This document shows positions 14,801 to 31,440 of a stretch of DNA of 64,000 bases, piece by piece. The stretch covers positions 1,504,001-1,568,000 of the forward strand of contig CP068257.2 in assembly GCA_009914755.4 (NCBI GenBank). Direction: 5' to 3'. Position 1 is the first letter of the stretch. Each line of letters starts with the position of its first letter. The notes beneath the pieces were generated by a model. The model was not told the origin of the DNA, did not search any database, and was given only the letters and a program-made list of their open reading frames with translations. This DNA is from the human T2T-CHM13v2.0 reference genome, Homo sapiens. The position numbers and the translations under genes were made by a program.

Positions 14801-17800
14801 TGTACATAAAATATCAAAGTACCCAAACTATACATTATATACTGTACATGAATATGAGATTACATCAAATATATATTATATTAGGTACATAAAATATGAA
14901 AGTACATCAGATATAGATTATATACTGTACATTAAATACCAAAGTACCGCAAATATATATTTTATACTGTACATCAAATATCAAAGTTCACAAACTATAT
15001 ATTATATACTGCACATAAAATATCAAAGTACCCAAGGTATATATTCTATACTGTAAAAAAATATCAAAGTACCCAAAGCATGTATTATATACTGTACATA
15101 AAATATGAAAGTACATCAAATATATATTTTCTTCTGTACATAAAATATCAAAGTACACCAAACATATATTCTATACTGTACCTAAAATATCAAAATACCC
15201 AAACTGTACATTATATACTGTACATAAAAGATGAAATTATATCAAAAATATATTATATTAGGTACATAAAATATGAAAGTACATCAAATATAGATTGTAA
15301 ACTTTACATAAAATATCAAAGTACCCCAAATATATATTATATACTCTACATGAAATATCAAAGTTCACAAACTATATATTATATACTGTTCATAAAATAT
15401 CAATGTACCCAAGGTATACATTCTATACTGTACAAAAAATATCAAAGTACCCAAAGCATGTATTACATACTGTACATAAAATATGAAAGTACATCAAATA
15501 CATATTTTATTCTGTACTTAAAATATCAAAGTACACCAAATATGTATTCTATAGTGTACATAAAATATCAAATTACCCAAACTATACATTACATACTGTA
15601 CATAAAATATGAAATTACATCAAATATCTATTATATTAGGTACGTAAAATATAAAAGTCCATCAAATATAGATTATATACTGTACATAATATACCTAAGT
15701 ACACCAAATATATATTTTATACTCTACATGAAATATCAAAGTTCACAAACCATATATTATATACTGTACATAAAATATCAAAGTACCCAAGGTATATATT
15801 CTATACTGTACAAAAAATATCAAAGTACCCAAAGCATGTATTATATACTGTACATAAAATATGAAAGTACATCAAATATATATTTTATTCTGTACATAAA
15901 ATATCAAAGTACACCAGATATATATTCTATAGTGTACATAAAATATCAAACTACCCAAACTATTTATTATATACTGTACATAAAATATGAAATTACATCA
16001 AATATGTATTATATTAGGTACATAAAATATGAAAGTACATCAAATATAGATTATATACTGTACATGAAATACCAAAGTACCCCAAATATATATTTTATAC
16101 GGTACATGAAATATCAAAGTTCACAAACTATATATTATATACTGTATATAAAATATCAAAGTACCCAAGGTATATATTCTATACTGTACAAAAAATATCA
16201 AAGTACCCAAAGCATGTATTATATACTGTACATAAAATATGAAAGTACATCAAATATATATTTTATTCTGTACAGAAAATATCAAAGTACACCAGATATA
16301 TATTCTATAGTGTACATAAAATATCAAAGTACCCAAACTATACAATATATACTGTACATAAAATATGAAATTACATCAAATTTATATTAGGTACATAAAA
16401 TATGAAAGTACGTCAAATATAGATTATATACTGTACATAAAATATCAAAGTACCCCAAATATATATTATATACTCTACATGAAATATCAAAGTTCACAAA
16501 CTATATATTATATACTGTACATAAAATATCCAAGTACCCAAGGTATATATTCTATACTGTACAAAAAATATCAACGTACCCAAAGCGTGTATTATATACT
16601 CTATATAAAATATGAAAGTACATCACATATATATTTTATTCTGTACATAAAATATCAAAGTACACCAGATATATATTCTATAGTGTACATAAAATTACAA
16701 AGTACAAAAACTGTAAATTATATGCTGTACATAAAATATGAAATTACATCAAATATATATTAGGTACATAAAATATGAAAGTACATCAAATATACATTAT
16801 ATACTGTACATAAAATATCAATGTACCCCAAATATATATTTTATACTCTACATGAAATATCAAAGTTCACAAACCATATATTATATACTGTACATAAAAT
16901 ATCAAAGTACCCAAGGTATATATTCTATACTGTACAAAAAATATCAAAGTACCCAAAGCATGTATTATATACTGTACATAAAATATGAAAGTACATCAAA
17001 TATATATTTTATTCTGTACATAAAATATCAAAGTACACCAGATATATATTCTATAGTGTACATAAAATATCAAAGTACCCAAACTATACATTATACACTG
17101 TACATAAAATATGAAATTACATCAAATATATATTATATTAGGTACATAAAATATGAAAGCACATCAAATATAGATTATATACTGTACATTAAATACCAAA
17201 GTACCCCAAATATATATTTTATACTGTACATCAAATATCAAAGTTCACAAACTATATATTATATACTGTACATAAAATATCAAAGTACCCATAGTATATA
17301 TTCTACAATGTACAAAAAATATCAAAGTACCCAAAGCAAGTATTATATACTGTATATTAAATATGAAAGTACATCACATATATATTTTATTCTGTACATA
17401 AAATATCAAAGTACACCAGATATATATTCTATAGTGTACATAAAATAACAAAGTTCAAAAATTATAAATTATATGCTGTACATAAAATATGAAATTACAT
17501 CAAATATATATTAGGTACATAAAATATGAAAGTACATCAAATATAGATTATATACTGTACATAAAATATCAATGTACCCCAAATATATATTTTATACTCT
17601 ACATGAAATATGAAAGTTCACAAACCATATATTATATGCTGTACATAAAATATCAAAGTACCCAAGGTATATATTCTATACTGTACAAAAAATATCAAAG
17701 TACCCAAAGCATGTATTATATACTGTACATAAAATATGAAAGTACATCAAATATATATTTTATTCTGTACATAAAATATCAAAGTACACCAGATATATAT

Positions 17801-18199
17801 TCTATAGTGTACATAAAATATCAACGTACCCAAACTCTACATTATATACTGTACATAAAATATGAAATTACATCAAATATATATTATATTAGGTACATAA
17901 AATATGAAAGCACATCAAATATAGATTATATACTGTACTTTAAATACCAAAGTACCCCAAATATATATTTTATACTGTACATCAAATATCAAAGTTCACA
18001 AACTATATATTATATACTGTACATAAAATATCAAAGTACCCATGGTATATATTCTATACTGTACAAAAAATATCAAAGTACCCAAAGCATGTATTATATA
18101 CTGTACATAAATTATGAAAGTACATCAAATATATATTTTATTCTGTACATAAAATATCAAAGTACACCAGATATATATTCTATAGTGTACATAAAATAT

Positions 18200-21100
18200 C
18201 AAAGTACCCAAACTATACATTATATACTGTACATAAAATATGAAATTACATCAAATATATATTATATTAGGTACATAAAATATGAAAGTACATCAAATAT
18301 AGATTATATACTGTACATAAAATATCAAAGTGCCCCAAATATATATTATATACTGTACATGAAATATCAAAGTTCACAAACTATATATTATATACTATAG
18401 ATAAAATATCAAAGTACCCAAGGTATATATTCTATACTGTACAAAAAATATCAAAGTACCCAAAGCATGTATTATATACTGTACATAAAATATGAAAGTA
18501 CATCAAATATATATTTTATTCTGTACATAAAATAAAAAAGTACACCAGATATATATTTTATAGTGTACATAAAATATGAAATTACCCAAACTATACATTA
18601 CATACTGTACATAAAATATGGAATTACATCAGATATATATTATATTAGGTACGTAAAATATGAAAGTACATCAAATATAGATTATATACCATACATAAAA
18701 TATAAAGGAACCCCAAATATATATGATATACTGTTCATGAAATATCAAAGTTCACAAACTATATATTATATACTGTAGATAAAATATCAAAGTACCCAAG
18801 GTATATATTCTATACTGTAAAAAAAAATCAAAGTACCCAAAGCATGTATTATATACTGTACATAAAATATGGAATTACATCAAATATATATTATATTAGG
18901 TACGTAAAATATGATAGTACAACAAATATAGATTATATACCATACATAAAATATAAAGGAACCCCAAATATATATGATATACTGTACATGAAATCTCAAA
19001 GTTCACAAACTATATATTATATACTGTAGATAAAATATCAAAGTACCCAAGGTATATATTCTATACTGTAAAAAAATATCAAAGTACCCAAAGCATGTAT
19101 TATATACTGTACATAAAATATGAAAGCACATCAAATATGTATTATATTAGGTACATAAAATATGAAAATACATAAAATATAGATGATATACTGTACATAA
19201 AATATCAAAGTAGCCCAAATATATATTATACTGTGTACATGAAATATCAAAATTTACGAAATATATATTATATAATGTACATAAAATATCAAAGTACCCA
19301 AAGCAAGTATTATATACTGTACATAAAAGATGAAATTACATCAAATATATATTTTATTCTGTACATAAAATATCAAAGTACACCAGATATATATTTTATA
19401 GTGTACATATAATATCAAGGTGCCCAAACTATAGATTATATACTGTACATAAAATATGAAATAACATCAAATATATATTATATTAGGTACGTAAAATATG
19501 AAAGTACATCAAATATAGATTATATACTGTACATAATATATAAAAGAACCCCAACAATATATTATATACTGTACATGAAATATCAAAATACACAAACTAT
19601 ATATTATATACTGTACATAAAATATCAAAGCACCCAAGGTATATATTCTATACTGTACAAAAAATATCAAAGTACCCAAAGCATGTATTATATACTGTAC
19701 ATAAAATATGAAAGTACATCAAATATATATTTTATTCTGTACATAAAATATCAAAGTACACCAGATATATATTCTATAGTGTACATAAAATATCAAAGTA
19801 CCCAAACTATACATTACATACTGTACATAAAATATGGAATTACATCAAATATATATTATATTAGGTACGTAAAATATGAAAGTACATCAAATATAGATTA
19901 TATACCGTACATAAAATATAAAGGAACCCCAAATATATAGGATATACTGTACATGAAATATCAAAGTTCACAAACTGTATATTATATACTGTAGATAAAA
20001 TATCAAAGTACCCAAGGTATATATTCTATACTGTATAAAAAATATCAAAGTACCCAAAGCATGTATTATATACTGTACATAAAAGATGAAAGTACATCAA
20101 ATATATATTTTATTCTGTACATAAAATAACAAAGTACACCAGATATATATTTTATAGTGTACATAAAATATGAAATTACCCAAACTATACATTACATACT
20201 GTGCATAAAATATGGAATTACATCAAATATATATTATATTAGGTACGTAAAATATGAAAGTACATCAAATATAGATTATATACCATACATAAAATATAAA
20301 GGAACCCCAAATATATATGATATACTGTACATGAAATATCAAAGTACCCAAGGTATATATTCTATAATGTAAAAAAAATATCAAAGCACACAAAGCATGT
20401 ATTATATACTGTACATAAAATATGAAAGCACATCAAATATATATTATATTAGGTACATAAAATATGAAAGTACATAAAATATAGATGATATACTGTACAT
20501 AAAAAATCAAAGGAGCCCAAATATATATTATACAGTGTACATGAAATACCAAAATTTACAAAATATATATTATATAATGTACATAAAATATCAAAGTACC
20601 CAAAGCAAGTATTATATACTGTACATAAAAGATGAAAGTACATCAAATATATATTTTATTCTGTACATAAAATATCAAAGTACACCAGATATATATTTCA
20701 TAGTGTACATAAAATATCAAGGTACCCAAACTATACATTATATACTGTACATAAAATATGAAATTACATCAAATATATATTATATTAGGTACATAAAATA
20801 TGAAAGTACATCAAATATAGATTATATACTGTACATAAAATATCAAAGTGCCCCAAATATATATTATATACTGTACATGAAATATCAAAGTTCACAAACT
20901 ATATATTATATACTATAGATAAAATATCAAAGTACCCAAGGTATATATTCTATACTGTACAAAAAATATCAAAGTACCCAAAGCATGTATTATATACTGT
21001 ACATAAAATATGAAAGTACATCAAATATATATTTTATTCTGTACATAAAATAACAAAGTACACCAGATATATATTTTATAGTGTACATAAAATATGAAAT

Positions 21101-23340
21101 TACCCAAACTATACATTACATACTGTACATAAAATATGGAATTACATCAGATATATATTATATTAGGTACGTAAAATATGAAAGTACATCAAATATAGAT
21201 TATATACCATACATAAAATATAAAGGAACCCCAAATATATATGATATACTGTTCATGAAATATCAAAGTTCACAAACTATATATTATATACTGTAGATAA
21301 AATATCAAAGTACCCAAGGTATATATTCTATACTGTAAAAAAAAATCAAAGTACCCAAAGCATGTATTATATACTGTACATAAAATATGGAATTACATCA
21401 AATATATATTATATTAGGTACGTAAAATATGATAGTACAACAAATATAGATTATATACCATACATAAAATATAAAGGAACCCCAAATATATATGATATAC
21501 TGTACATGAAATCTCAAAGTTCACAAACTATATATTATATACTGTAGATAAAATATCAAAGTACCCAAGGTATATATTCTATACTGTAAAAAAAATATCA
21601 AAGCACCCAAAGCATGTATTATATACTGTACATAAAATATGAAAGCACATCAAATATGTATTATATTAGGTACATAAAATATGAAAGTACATAAAATATA
21701 GATGATATACTGTACATAAAATATCAAAGTAGCCCAAATATATATTATACAGTGTACATGAAATATCAAAATTTACGAAATATATATTATATAATGTACA
21801 TAAAATATCAAAGTACCCAAAGCAAGTATTATATACTGTACATAAAAGATGAAATTACATCAAATATATATTTTATTCTGTACATAAAATATCAAAGTAC
21901 ACCAGATATATATTTTATAGTGTACATATAATATCAAGGTGCCCAAACTATAGATTATATACTGTACATAAAATATGAAATAACATCAAATATATATTAT
22001 ATTAGGTACGTAAAATATGAAAGTACATCAAATATAGATTATATACTGTACATAACATATAAAAGAACCCCAACAATATATTATATACTGTACATGAAAT
22101 ATCAAAATACACAAACTATATATTATATACTGTACATAAAATATCAAAGCACCCAAGGTATATATTCTATACTGTACAAAAAATATCAAAGTACCCAAAG
22201 CATGTATTATATACTGTACATAAAATATGAAAGTACATCAAATATATATTTTATTCTGTATATAAAATAACAAAGTACACCAGATATATATTTTATAGTG
22301 TACATAAAATATCAAAGTACCCAAACTATACATTACATACTGTACATAAAATATGGAATTACATCAAATATATATTATATTAGGTACGTAAAATATGAAA
22401 GTACATCAAATATAGATTATATACCGTACATAAAATATAAAGGAACCCCAAATATATAGGATATACTGTACATGAAATATCAAAGTTCACAAACTGTATA
22501 TTATATACTGTAGATAAAATATCAAAGTACCCAAGGTATATATTCTATACTGTATAAAAAATATCAAAGTACCCAAAGCATGTATTATATACTGTACATA
22601 AAAGATGAAAGTACATCAAATATATATTTTATTCTGTACATAAAATAACAAAGTACACCAGATATATATTTTATAGTGTACATAAAATATGAAATTACCC
22701 AAACTATACATTACATACTGTGCATAAAATATGGAATTACATCAAATATATATTATATTAGGTACGTAAAATATGAAAGTACATCAAATATAGATTATAT
22801 ACCATACATAAAATATAAAGGAACCCCAAATATATATGATATACTGTACATGAAATATCAAAGTACCCAAGGTATATATTCTATAATGTAAAAAAAATAT
22901 CAAAGCACACAAAGCATGTATTATATACTGTACATAAAATATGAAAGCACATCAAATATATATTATATTAGGTACATAAAATATGAAAGTACATAAAATA
23001 TAGATGATATACTGTACATAAAAAATCAAAGGAGCCCAAATATATATTATACAGTGTACATGAAATACCAAAATTTACAAAATATATATTATATAATGTA
23101 CATAAAATATCAAAGTACCCAAAGCAAGTATTATATACTGTACATAAAAGATGAAAGTACATCAAATATATATTTTATTCTGTACATAAAATATCAAAGT
23201 ACACCAGATATATATTTCATAGTGTACATAAAATATCAAGGTACCCAAACTATACATTATATACTGTACATAAAATATGAAATTACATCAAATATATATT
23301 ATATTAGGTACGTAAAATATGAAAGTACATCAAATATAGA
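18200..23340. repeat. Two tandem copies of a ~2519-bp (60-monomer) unit, about 18200-20719 and 20720-23339.
   Basis: 18241-18420 is identical in text to 20760-20939. ORF pairs: 18563 with 21081, 18844 with 21362, 20157 with 22676 and 20449(-) with 22968(-), all at offset 2518-2519. Confidence 0.8.
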
Positions 23341-26300
23341 TTATATACTGTACATAATATATAAAAGAACCCCAACTATATATTATATACTGTACATGAA
23401 ATATCAAAACACACAAACTATATATTATATACTGTACATAAAATATCAAAGTACCCAAGGTATATATCCTATACTGTACAAAAAATATCAAAGTACCCAA
23501 AGCATGTATTATATACTGTACATAAAATATGAAAGCACATCAAATATATATTATATTAGGTACATAAAATATGAAAGTAAATAAAATATAGATGATATAC
23601 TTTACATAAAATATCAAAGTAGCCCAAATATATATTATACAGTGTACATGAAATATCAAAATTTACAAAATATATATTATATAATGTACATAAAATATCA
23701 AAGTACCCAAAGCATGTATTATATACTGTACATAAAATATGAAAGTACATCAAATATATATTTTATTCTGTACATAAAATATCAAAGTACACCAGATATA
23801 TATTTTATAGTGTACATAAAATATCAAGGTACCCAAACTATACATTATATACTGTACATAAAATATGAAATTACATCAAATATATATTATATTAGGTACG
23901 TAAAATATGAAAGTACATCAAATATAGACTCTATACTGTACATAATATATAAAAGAACCCCAAATATATATTATATACTGTACATGAAGTATCAAAATAC
24001 ACAAACTATATATTATATACTGTACATAAAATATCAAAGTACCCAAGGTATATATTCTATACTGTACAAAAAATATCAAAGTACCCAAAGCATGTATTAT
24101 ATACTGTACATAAAATATGAAAGTACATCAAATATATATTATATTAGATACGTAAAATATGAAAGTACATCAAATATAGATTATATACCATACATAAAAT
24201 ATAAAGGAACCCCAAATATATATGATATACTGTACATGAAATATCAAAGTTCACAAACTATATATTATATACTGTAGATAAAATATCAAAGTACCCAAGG
24301 TATATATTCTATACTGTAAAAAAAAATCAAAGTACCCAAAGCATGTATTATATACTGTACATAAAATATGAAGACACATCAAATATATATTATATTAGGT
24401 ACATAAAATATGAAAGTACATAAAATATAGATGATATACTGTACATAAAATATCAAAGTAGCCCAAATATATATTATACAGTGTACATGAAATATCAAAA
24501 TTTACAAAACATATATTATATAATGTACATAAAATATCAAAGTACCCAAAGCAAGTATTATATACTGTACATAAAAGATGAAAGTACATCAAATATATAT
24601 TTTATTCTGTACATAAAATATCAAAGTACACCAGATATATATTTTATAGTGTACATAAAATATCAAGGTACCCAAACTATACATTATATACTGTACATAA
24701 AATATGAAATTACATCAAATATATATTATATTAGGTACGTAAAATATGAAAGTACATCAAATATAGATTATATACTGTACATAATATATAAAAGAACCCC
24801 AAATATATATTATATACTGTACATGAAGTATCAAAATACACAAACTATATATTATATACTGTATATAAAATATCAAAGTACCCAAGGTATATATTCTATA
24901 CTGTACAAAAAATATCAAAGTACCCAAATCATGTATTATATACTGTATATAAAATATGAAAGTACATCAAATATATATTTTATTCTGTACATAAAATAAC
25001 AAAGTACAACAGATATATATTTTATAGTGTACATAAAATATCAAAGTACCCAAACTATACATTACATACTGTACATAAAATATGGAATTACATCAAATAT
25101 ATATTATATTAGGTATGTAAAATATGAAAGTACATCAAATATAGTTTATATACCATACATAAAATATAAAGGAACCCAAATATATATGATATACTGTACA
25201 TGAAATATCAAAGTTCACAAACTATATATTATATACTGTAGATAAAATATCAAAGTACCCAAGGTATATATTCTATACTGTAAAAAAAATATCAAAGCAC
25301 CCAAAGCATGTATTATATACTGTACATAAAATATGAAAGCACATCAAATATATATTATATTAGGTACATAAAATATGAAAGTACATAAAATATAGATGAT
25401 ATACTGTACATAAAATATCAAAGGAGCCCAAATATATATTATACAGTGTACATGAAATATCAAAATTTACAAAATATATATTATATAATGTACATAAAAT
25501 ATCAAAGTACCCAAAGCAAGTATTATCTACTGTACATAAAAGATGAAAGTACATCAAATATATATTTTATTCTGTACATAAAATATCAAAGTACACCAGA
25601 TATATATTTTATAGTGTACATAAAATATCAAGGTACCCAAACTATACATTATATACTGTACATAAAATATGAAATTACATCAAATATATATTATATTAGG
25701 TACGTAAAATATGAAAGTACATCAAATATAGATTATATACTGTACATAATATATAAAAGAACCCCAACTATATATTATATACTGTACATAAAATATCAAA
25801 ATACACAAACTATATATTATATACTCTACATAAAATATCAAAGTACCCAAGGTATATATCCTATACTGTACAAAAAATATCAAAGTACCCAAAGCATGTA
25901 TTATATACTGTACATAAAATATGAAAGCACATCAAATATATATTATATTAGGTACATAAAATATGAAAGTACATAAAATATAGATGATATACTGTACATA
26001 AAATATCAAAGTAGCCCAAATATATATTATACAGTGTACATGAAATATCAAAATTTACAAAATATATATTATATAATGTACATAAAATATCAAATTACCC
26101 AAAGCATGTATTATATACTGTACATAAAATATGAAAGTACATCAAGTATATATTTTATTCTGTACATAAAATATCAAAGTACACCAGATATATATTTTAT
26201 AGTGTACATAAAATATCAAGGTACCCAAACTATACATTATATACTGTACATAAAATATGAAATTACATCAAATATATATTATATTAGGTACGTAAAATAT

Positions 26301-27850
26301 GAAAGTACATCAAATATAGACTATATACTGTACATAATATATAAAAGAACCCCAAATATATATTATATACTGTACATGATGTATCAAAATACACAAACTA
26401 TATATTATATACTGTACATAAAATATCAAAGTACCCAAGGTATATATTCTATACTGTACAAAAAATATCAAAGTACCCAAAGCATGTATTATATACTGTA
26501 CATAAAATATGAAAGTACATCAAATATATATTATATTAGGTACGTAAAATATGAAAGTACATCAAATATAGATTATATACCATACATAAAATATAAAGGA
26601 ACCCCAAATATATATGATATACTGTACATGAAATATCAAAGTTCACAAACTATATATTATATACTGTAGATAAAATATCAAAGTACCCAAGGTATATATT
26701 CTATACTGTAAAAAAAAATCAAAGTACCCAAAGCATGTATTATATACTGTACATAAAATATGAAGGCACATCAAATATATATTATATTAGGTACATAAAA
26801 TATGAAAGTACATAAAATATAGATGATATACTGTACATAAAATATCAAAGTAGCCCAAATATATATTATACAGTGTACATGAAATATCAAAATTTACAAA
26901 ACATATATTATATAATGTACATAAAATATCAAAGTACCCAAAGCAAGTATTATATACTGTACATAAAAGATGAAAGTACATCAAATATATATTTTATTCT
27001 GTACATAAAATATCAAAGTACACCAGATATATATTTTATATTGTACATAAAATATCAAGGTACCCAAACTATACATTATATACTGTACATAAAATATGAA
27101 ATTACATCAAATATATATTATATTAGGTACGTAAAATATGAAAGTACATCAAATATAGATTATATACTGTACATAATATATAAAATAACCCCAAATATAT
27201 ATTATATACTGTACATGAAGTATCAAAATACACAAACTATATATTATATACTGTAGATAAAATATCAAAGTACCCAAGGTATATATTCTATACTGTACAA
27301 AAAATATCAAAGTACCCAAAGCATGTATTATATACTGTATATAAAATATGAAAGTACATCAAATATATATTTTATTCTGTACATAAAATAACAAAGTATA
27401 CCAGATATATATTTTATAGTGTACATAAAATATCAAAGTACCCAAACTATACATTACATACTGTACATAAAATATGGAATTACATCAAATATATATTATA
27501 TTAGGTACGTAAAATATGAAAGTACATCAAATATAGATTATATACCATACATAAAATCTAAAGGAACCCCAAATATATATGATATACTGTACATGAAATT
27601 TCAAAGTTCACAAACTATATATTATATACTGTAGATAAAATATCAAAGTACCCAAGGTATATATTCTATACTGTAAAAAAAATATCAAAGTACCCAAAGC
27701 ATGTATTATATAATGTACATAAAATATGAAAGCACATCAAATATATATTATATTAGGTACATAAAATATGAAAGTACATAAAATATAGATGATATACTGT
27801 ACATAAAATATCAAAGTAGCCCAAATATATATTATACAGTGTACATGAAA
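23050..27850. repeat. Two tandem copies of a ~2392-bp (57-monomer) unit.
   Basis: ORF pairs at offset 2392: 23054 with 25446 (176 aa each), 23642 with 26034 (211 aa each), 24395(-) with 26787(-), and 24481 with 26873. Text at 25017-25090 matches 27409-27480. Confidence 0.75.
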
Positions 27851-30800
27851 TATCAAAATTTACGAAATATATATTATATAATGTACATAAAATATGAAAG
27901 TACACAAAGCAAGTATTATATACTGTACATAAAAGATGAAATTACATCAAATATATATTTTATTCTGTACATAAAATATCAAAGTACACCAGATATATAT
28001 TTTATAGTGTACATAAAATATCAAGGTACCCAAACTATACATTATATACTGTACATAAAATATGAAATTACATCAAATATATATTATATTAGGTACGTAA
28101 AATATGAAAGTACATCAAATATAGATTATATACTGTACATAATATATAAAAGAACCCCAACTATATATTATATACTGTACATGAAATATCAAAATACACA
28201 AACTATATATTATATACTGTACATAAAATATCAAAGCACCCAAGGTATATATTCTATACTATACAAAAAATATCAAAGTACCCAAAGCATGTATTATATA
28301 CTGTACATAAAATATGAAAGTACATCAAATATATATTTTATTCTGTATATAAAATAACAAAGTACACCAGATATATATTTTATAGTGTACATAAAATATC
28401 AAAGTACCCAAACTATACATTACATACTGTACATAAAATATGGAATTACATCAAATATATATTATATTAGGTACGTAAAATATGAAAGTACATCAAATAT
28501 AGATTATATACCATACATAAAATATAAAGGAACCCCAAATATATAGGATATACTGTACATGAAATATCAAAGTTCACAAACTATATATTATATACTGTAG
28601 ATAAAATATCAAAGTACCCAAGGTATATATTCTATACTGTATAAAAAATATCAAAGTACCCAAAGCATGTATTATATACTGTACATAAAAGATGAAAGTA
28701 CATCAAATATATATTTTATTCTGTACATAAAATAACAAAGTACACCAGATATATATTTTATAGTGTACATAAAATATGAAATTACCCAAACTATACATTA
28801 CATACTGTACATAAAATATGGAATTACATCAAATATATATTATATTAGGTACGTAAAATATGAAAGTACATCTAATATAGATTATATACCATACATAAAA
28901 TATAAAGGAACCCCAAATATATATGATATACTGTACATGAAATATCAAAGTTCACAAACTATATATTGTATACTGTACATAAAATATCAAAGTACCCAAG
29001 GTATATATTCTATAATTTAAAAAAAATATCAAAGCACCCAAAGCATGTATTATATACCGTACATAAAATATGAAAGCACATCAAATATATATTATATTAG
29101 GTACATAAAATATGAAAGTACATAAAATATAGATGATATACTGTACATAAAATATCAAAGGAGCCCAAATATATATTATACAGTGTACATGAAATATCAA
29201 AATTTACAAAATATGTATTATATAATGTACATAAAATATCAAAGTACCCAAAGCAAGTATTATATACTGTACATAAAAGATGAAAGTACATCAAATATAT
29301 ATTTTATTCTGTACATAAAATATCAAAGTACACCAGATATATATTTTATAGTGTACATAAAATATCAAGGTACCCAAACTATACATTATATACTGTACAT
29401 AAAATATGAAATTACATCAAATATATATTATATTAGGTACGTAAAATATGAAAGTACATCAAATATAGATTATATACTGTACATAATATATAAAAGAACC
29501 CCAACTATATATTATATACTGTACATGAAATATCAAAATACACAAATTATATATTATATACTGTACATAAAATATCAAAGTACCCAAGGTATATATCCTA
29601 TACTGTACAAAAAATATCAAAGTACCCAAAGCATGTATTATATACTGTACATAAAATATGAAAGCACATGAAATATATATTATATTAGGTACATAAAATA
29701 TGAAAGTACATAAAATATAGATGATATACTGTACATAAAATATCAAAGTAGCCCAAATATATATTATACAGTGTACATGAAATATCAAAATTTACAAAAT
29801 ATATATTATATAATGTACATAAAATATCAAAGTACCCAAAGCATGTATTATATACTGTACATAAAATATGAAAGTACATCAAATATATATTTTATTCTGT
29901 ACATAAAATATCAAAGTACACCAGATATATATTTTATAGTGTACATAAAATATCAAGGTACCCAAACTATACATTATATACTATACATAAAATATGAAAT
30001 TACATCAAATATATATTATATTAGGTACGTAAAATATGAAAGTACATCAAATATAGACTATATACTGTACATAATATATAAAAGAACCCCAAATATATAT
30101 TATATACTGTACATGAAGTATCAAAATACACAAACTATATATTATATACTGTACATAAAATATCAAAGTACCCAAGGTATATATTCTATACTGTACAAAA
30201 AATATCAAAGTACCCAAAGCATGTATTATATACTGTACATAAAATATGAAAGTACATCAAATATATATTATATTAGGTACGTAAAATATGAAAGTACATC
30301 AAATATAGATTATATACCATACATAAAATATAAAGGAACCCCAAATATATATGATATACTGTACATGAAATATCAAAGTTCACAAACTATATATTATATA
30401 CTGTAGATAAAATATCAAAGTACCCAAGGTATATATTCTATACTGTAAAAAAAAATCAAAGTACCCAAAGCATGTATTATATACTGTACATAAAATATGA
30501 AGGCACATCAAATATATATTATATTAGGTACATAAAATATGAAAGTACATAAAATATAGATGATATACTGTACATAAAATATCAAAGTAGCCCAAATATA
30601 TATTATACAGTGTACATGAAATATCAAAATTTACAAAACATATATTATATAATGTACATAAAATATCAAAGTACCCAAAGCAAGTATTATATACTGTACA
30701 TAAAAGATGAAAGTACATCAAATATATATTTTATTCTGTACATAAAATATCAAAGTACACCAGATATATATTTTATAGTGTACATAAAATATCAAGGTAC

Positions 30801-31440
30801 CCAAACTATACATTATATACTGTACATAAAATATGAAATTACATCAAATATATATTATATTAGGTACGTAAAATATGAAAGTACATCAAATATAGATTAT
30901 ATACTGTACATAATATATAAAAGAACCCCAAATATATATTATATACTGTACATGAAGTATCAAAATACACAAACTATATATTATATACTGTAGATAAAAT
31001 ATCAAAGTACCCAAGGTATATATTCTATACTGTACAAAAAATATCAAAGTACCCAAAGCATGTATTATATACTGTATATAAAATATGAAAGTACATCAAA
31101 TATATATTTTATTCTGTACATAAAATAACAAAGTACAACAGATATATATTTTATAGTGTACATAAAATATCAAAGTACCCAAACTATACATTACATACTG
31201 TACATAAAATATGGAATTACATCAAATATATATTATATTAGGTACATAAAATATGAAAGTACATCAAATATAGATTATATACCATACATAAAATCTAAAG
31301 GAACCCCAAATATATATGATATACTGTACATGAAATTTCAAAGTTCACAAACTATATATTATATACTGTAGATAAAATATCAAAGTACCCAAGGTATATA
31401 TTCTATACTGTAAAAAAAATATCAAAGTACCCACAGCATG
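25000..31440. repeat. ~2.7 kb block (about 25000-27700) repeated at about 28740-31440, offset 3737 bp (89 monomers). It overlaps the 2392-bp duplication.
   Basis: ORF pairs at offset 3737: 25360(-) with 29097(-), 25446 with 29183, 26034 with 29771, 26787(-) with 30524(-), 26873 with 30610, and 27419 with 31156. Confidence 0.7.

Larger units (their letters stand above)
1..18200. repeat. Alpha domain 1. Arrays of the 373/378/751-bp HOR with local irregularities.
   Basis: Only alpha-type monomers are present (TATATATTCTATAG, GGTACATAAAATATGAAAGTACATC). There are no beta-diagnostic variants. The 'MKLHQ' frame-shift signature of short F monomers recurs throughout. Confidence 0.7.

Noticed and set aside
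15080-16390. A 436-aa + strand ORF, and many similar 60-374 aa ORFs, with 14-aa Y/I/K-rich repeats. I considered whether this could be a repetitive structural protein or adhesin-like gene.
   Set aside because: The frame is open only because the monomer is 42 bp (14 codons) in stop-poor AT-rich DNA. The ORFs fragment at the 5-bp indels and at sporadic stop variants, and identical 'proteins' restart in other frames. There is no non-repetitive N- or C-terminus, no promoter or RBS context, and extreme low complexity.
20449-20646. A 65-aa minus-strand ORF recurring at 23 positions ('MMYFHLLCTVY...'). I considered a small conserved antisense peptide gene.
   Set aside because: It is just the reverse frame of one beta-type 5-monomer block that happens to lack stops. 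Its recurrence mirrors HOR copy number and shows no sign of selection. It is useful only as a positional marker of beta-type blocks.
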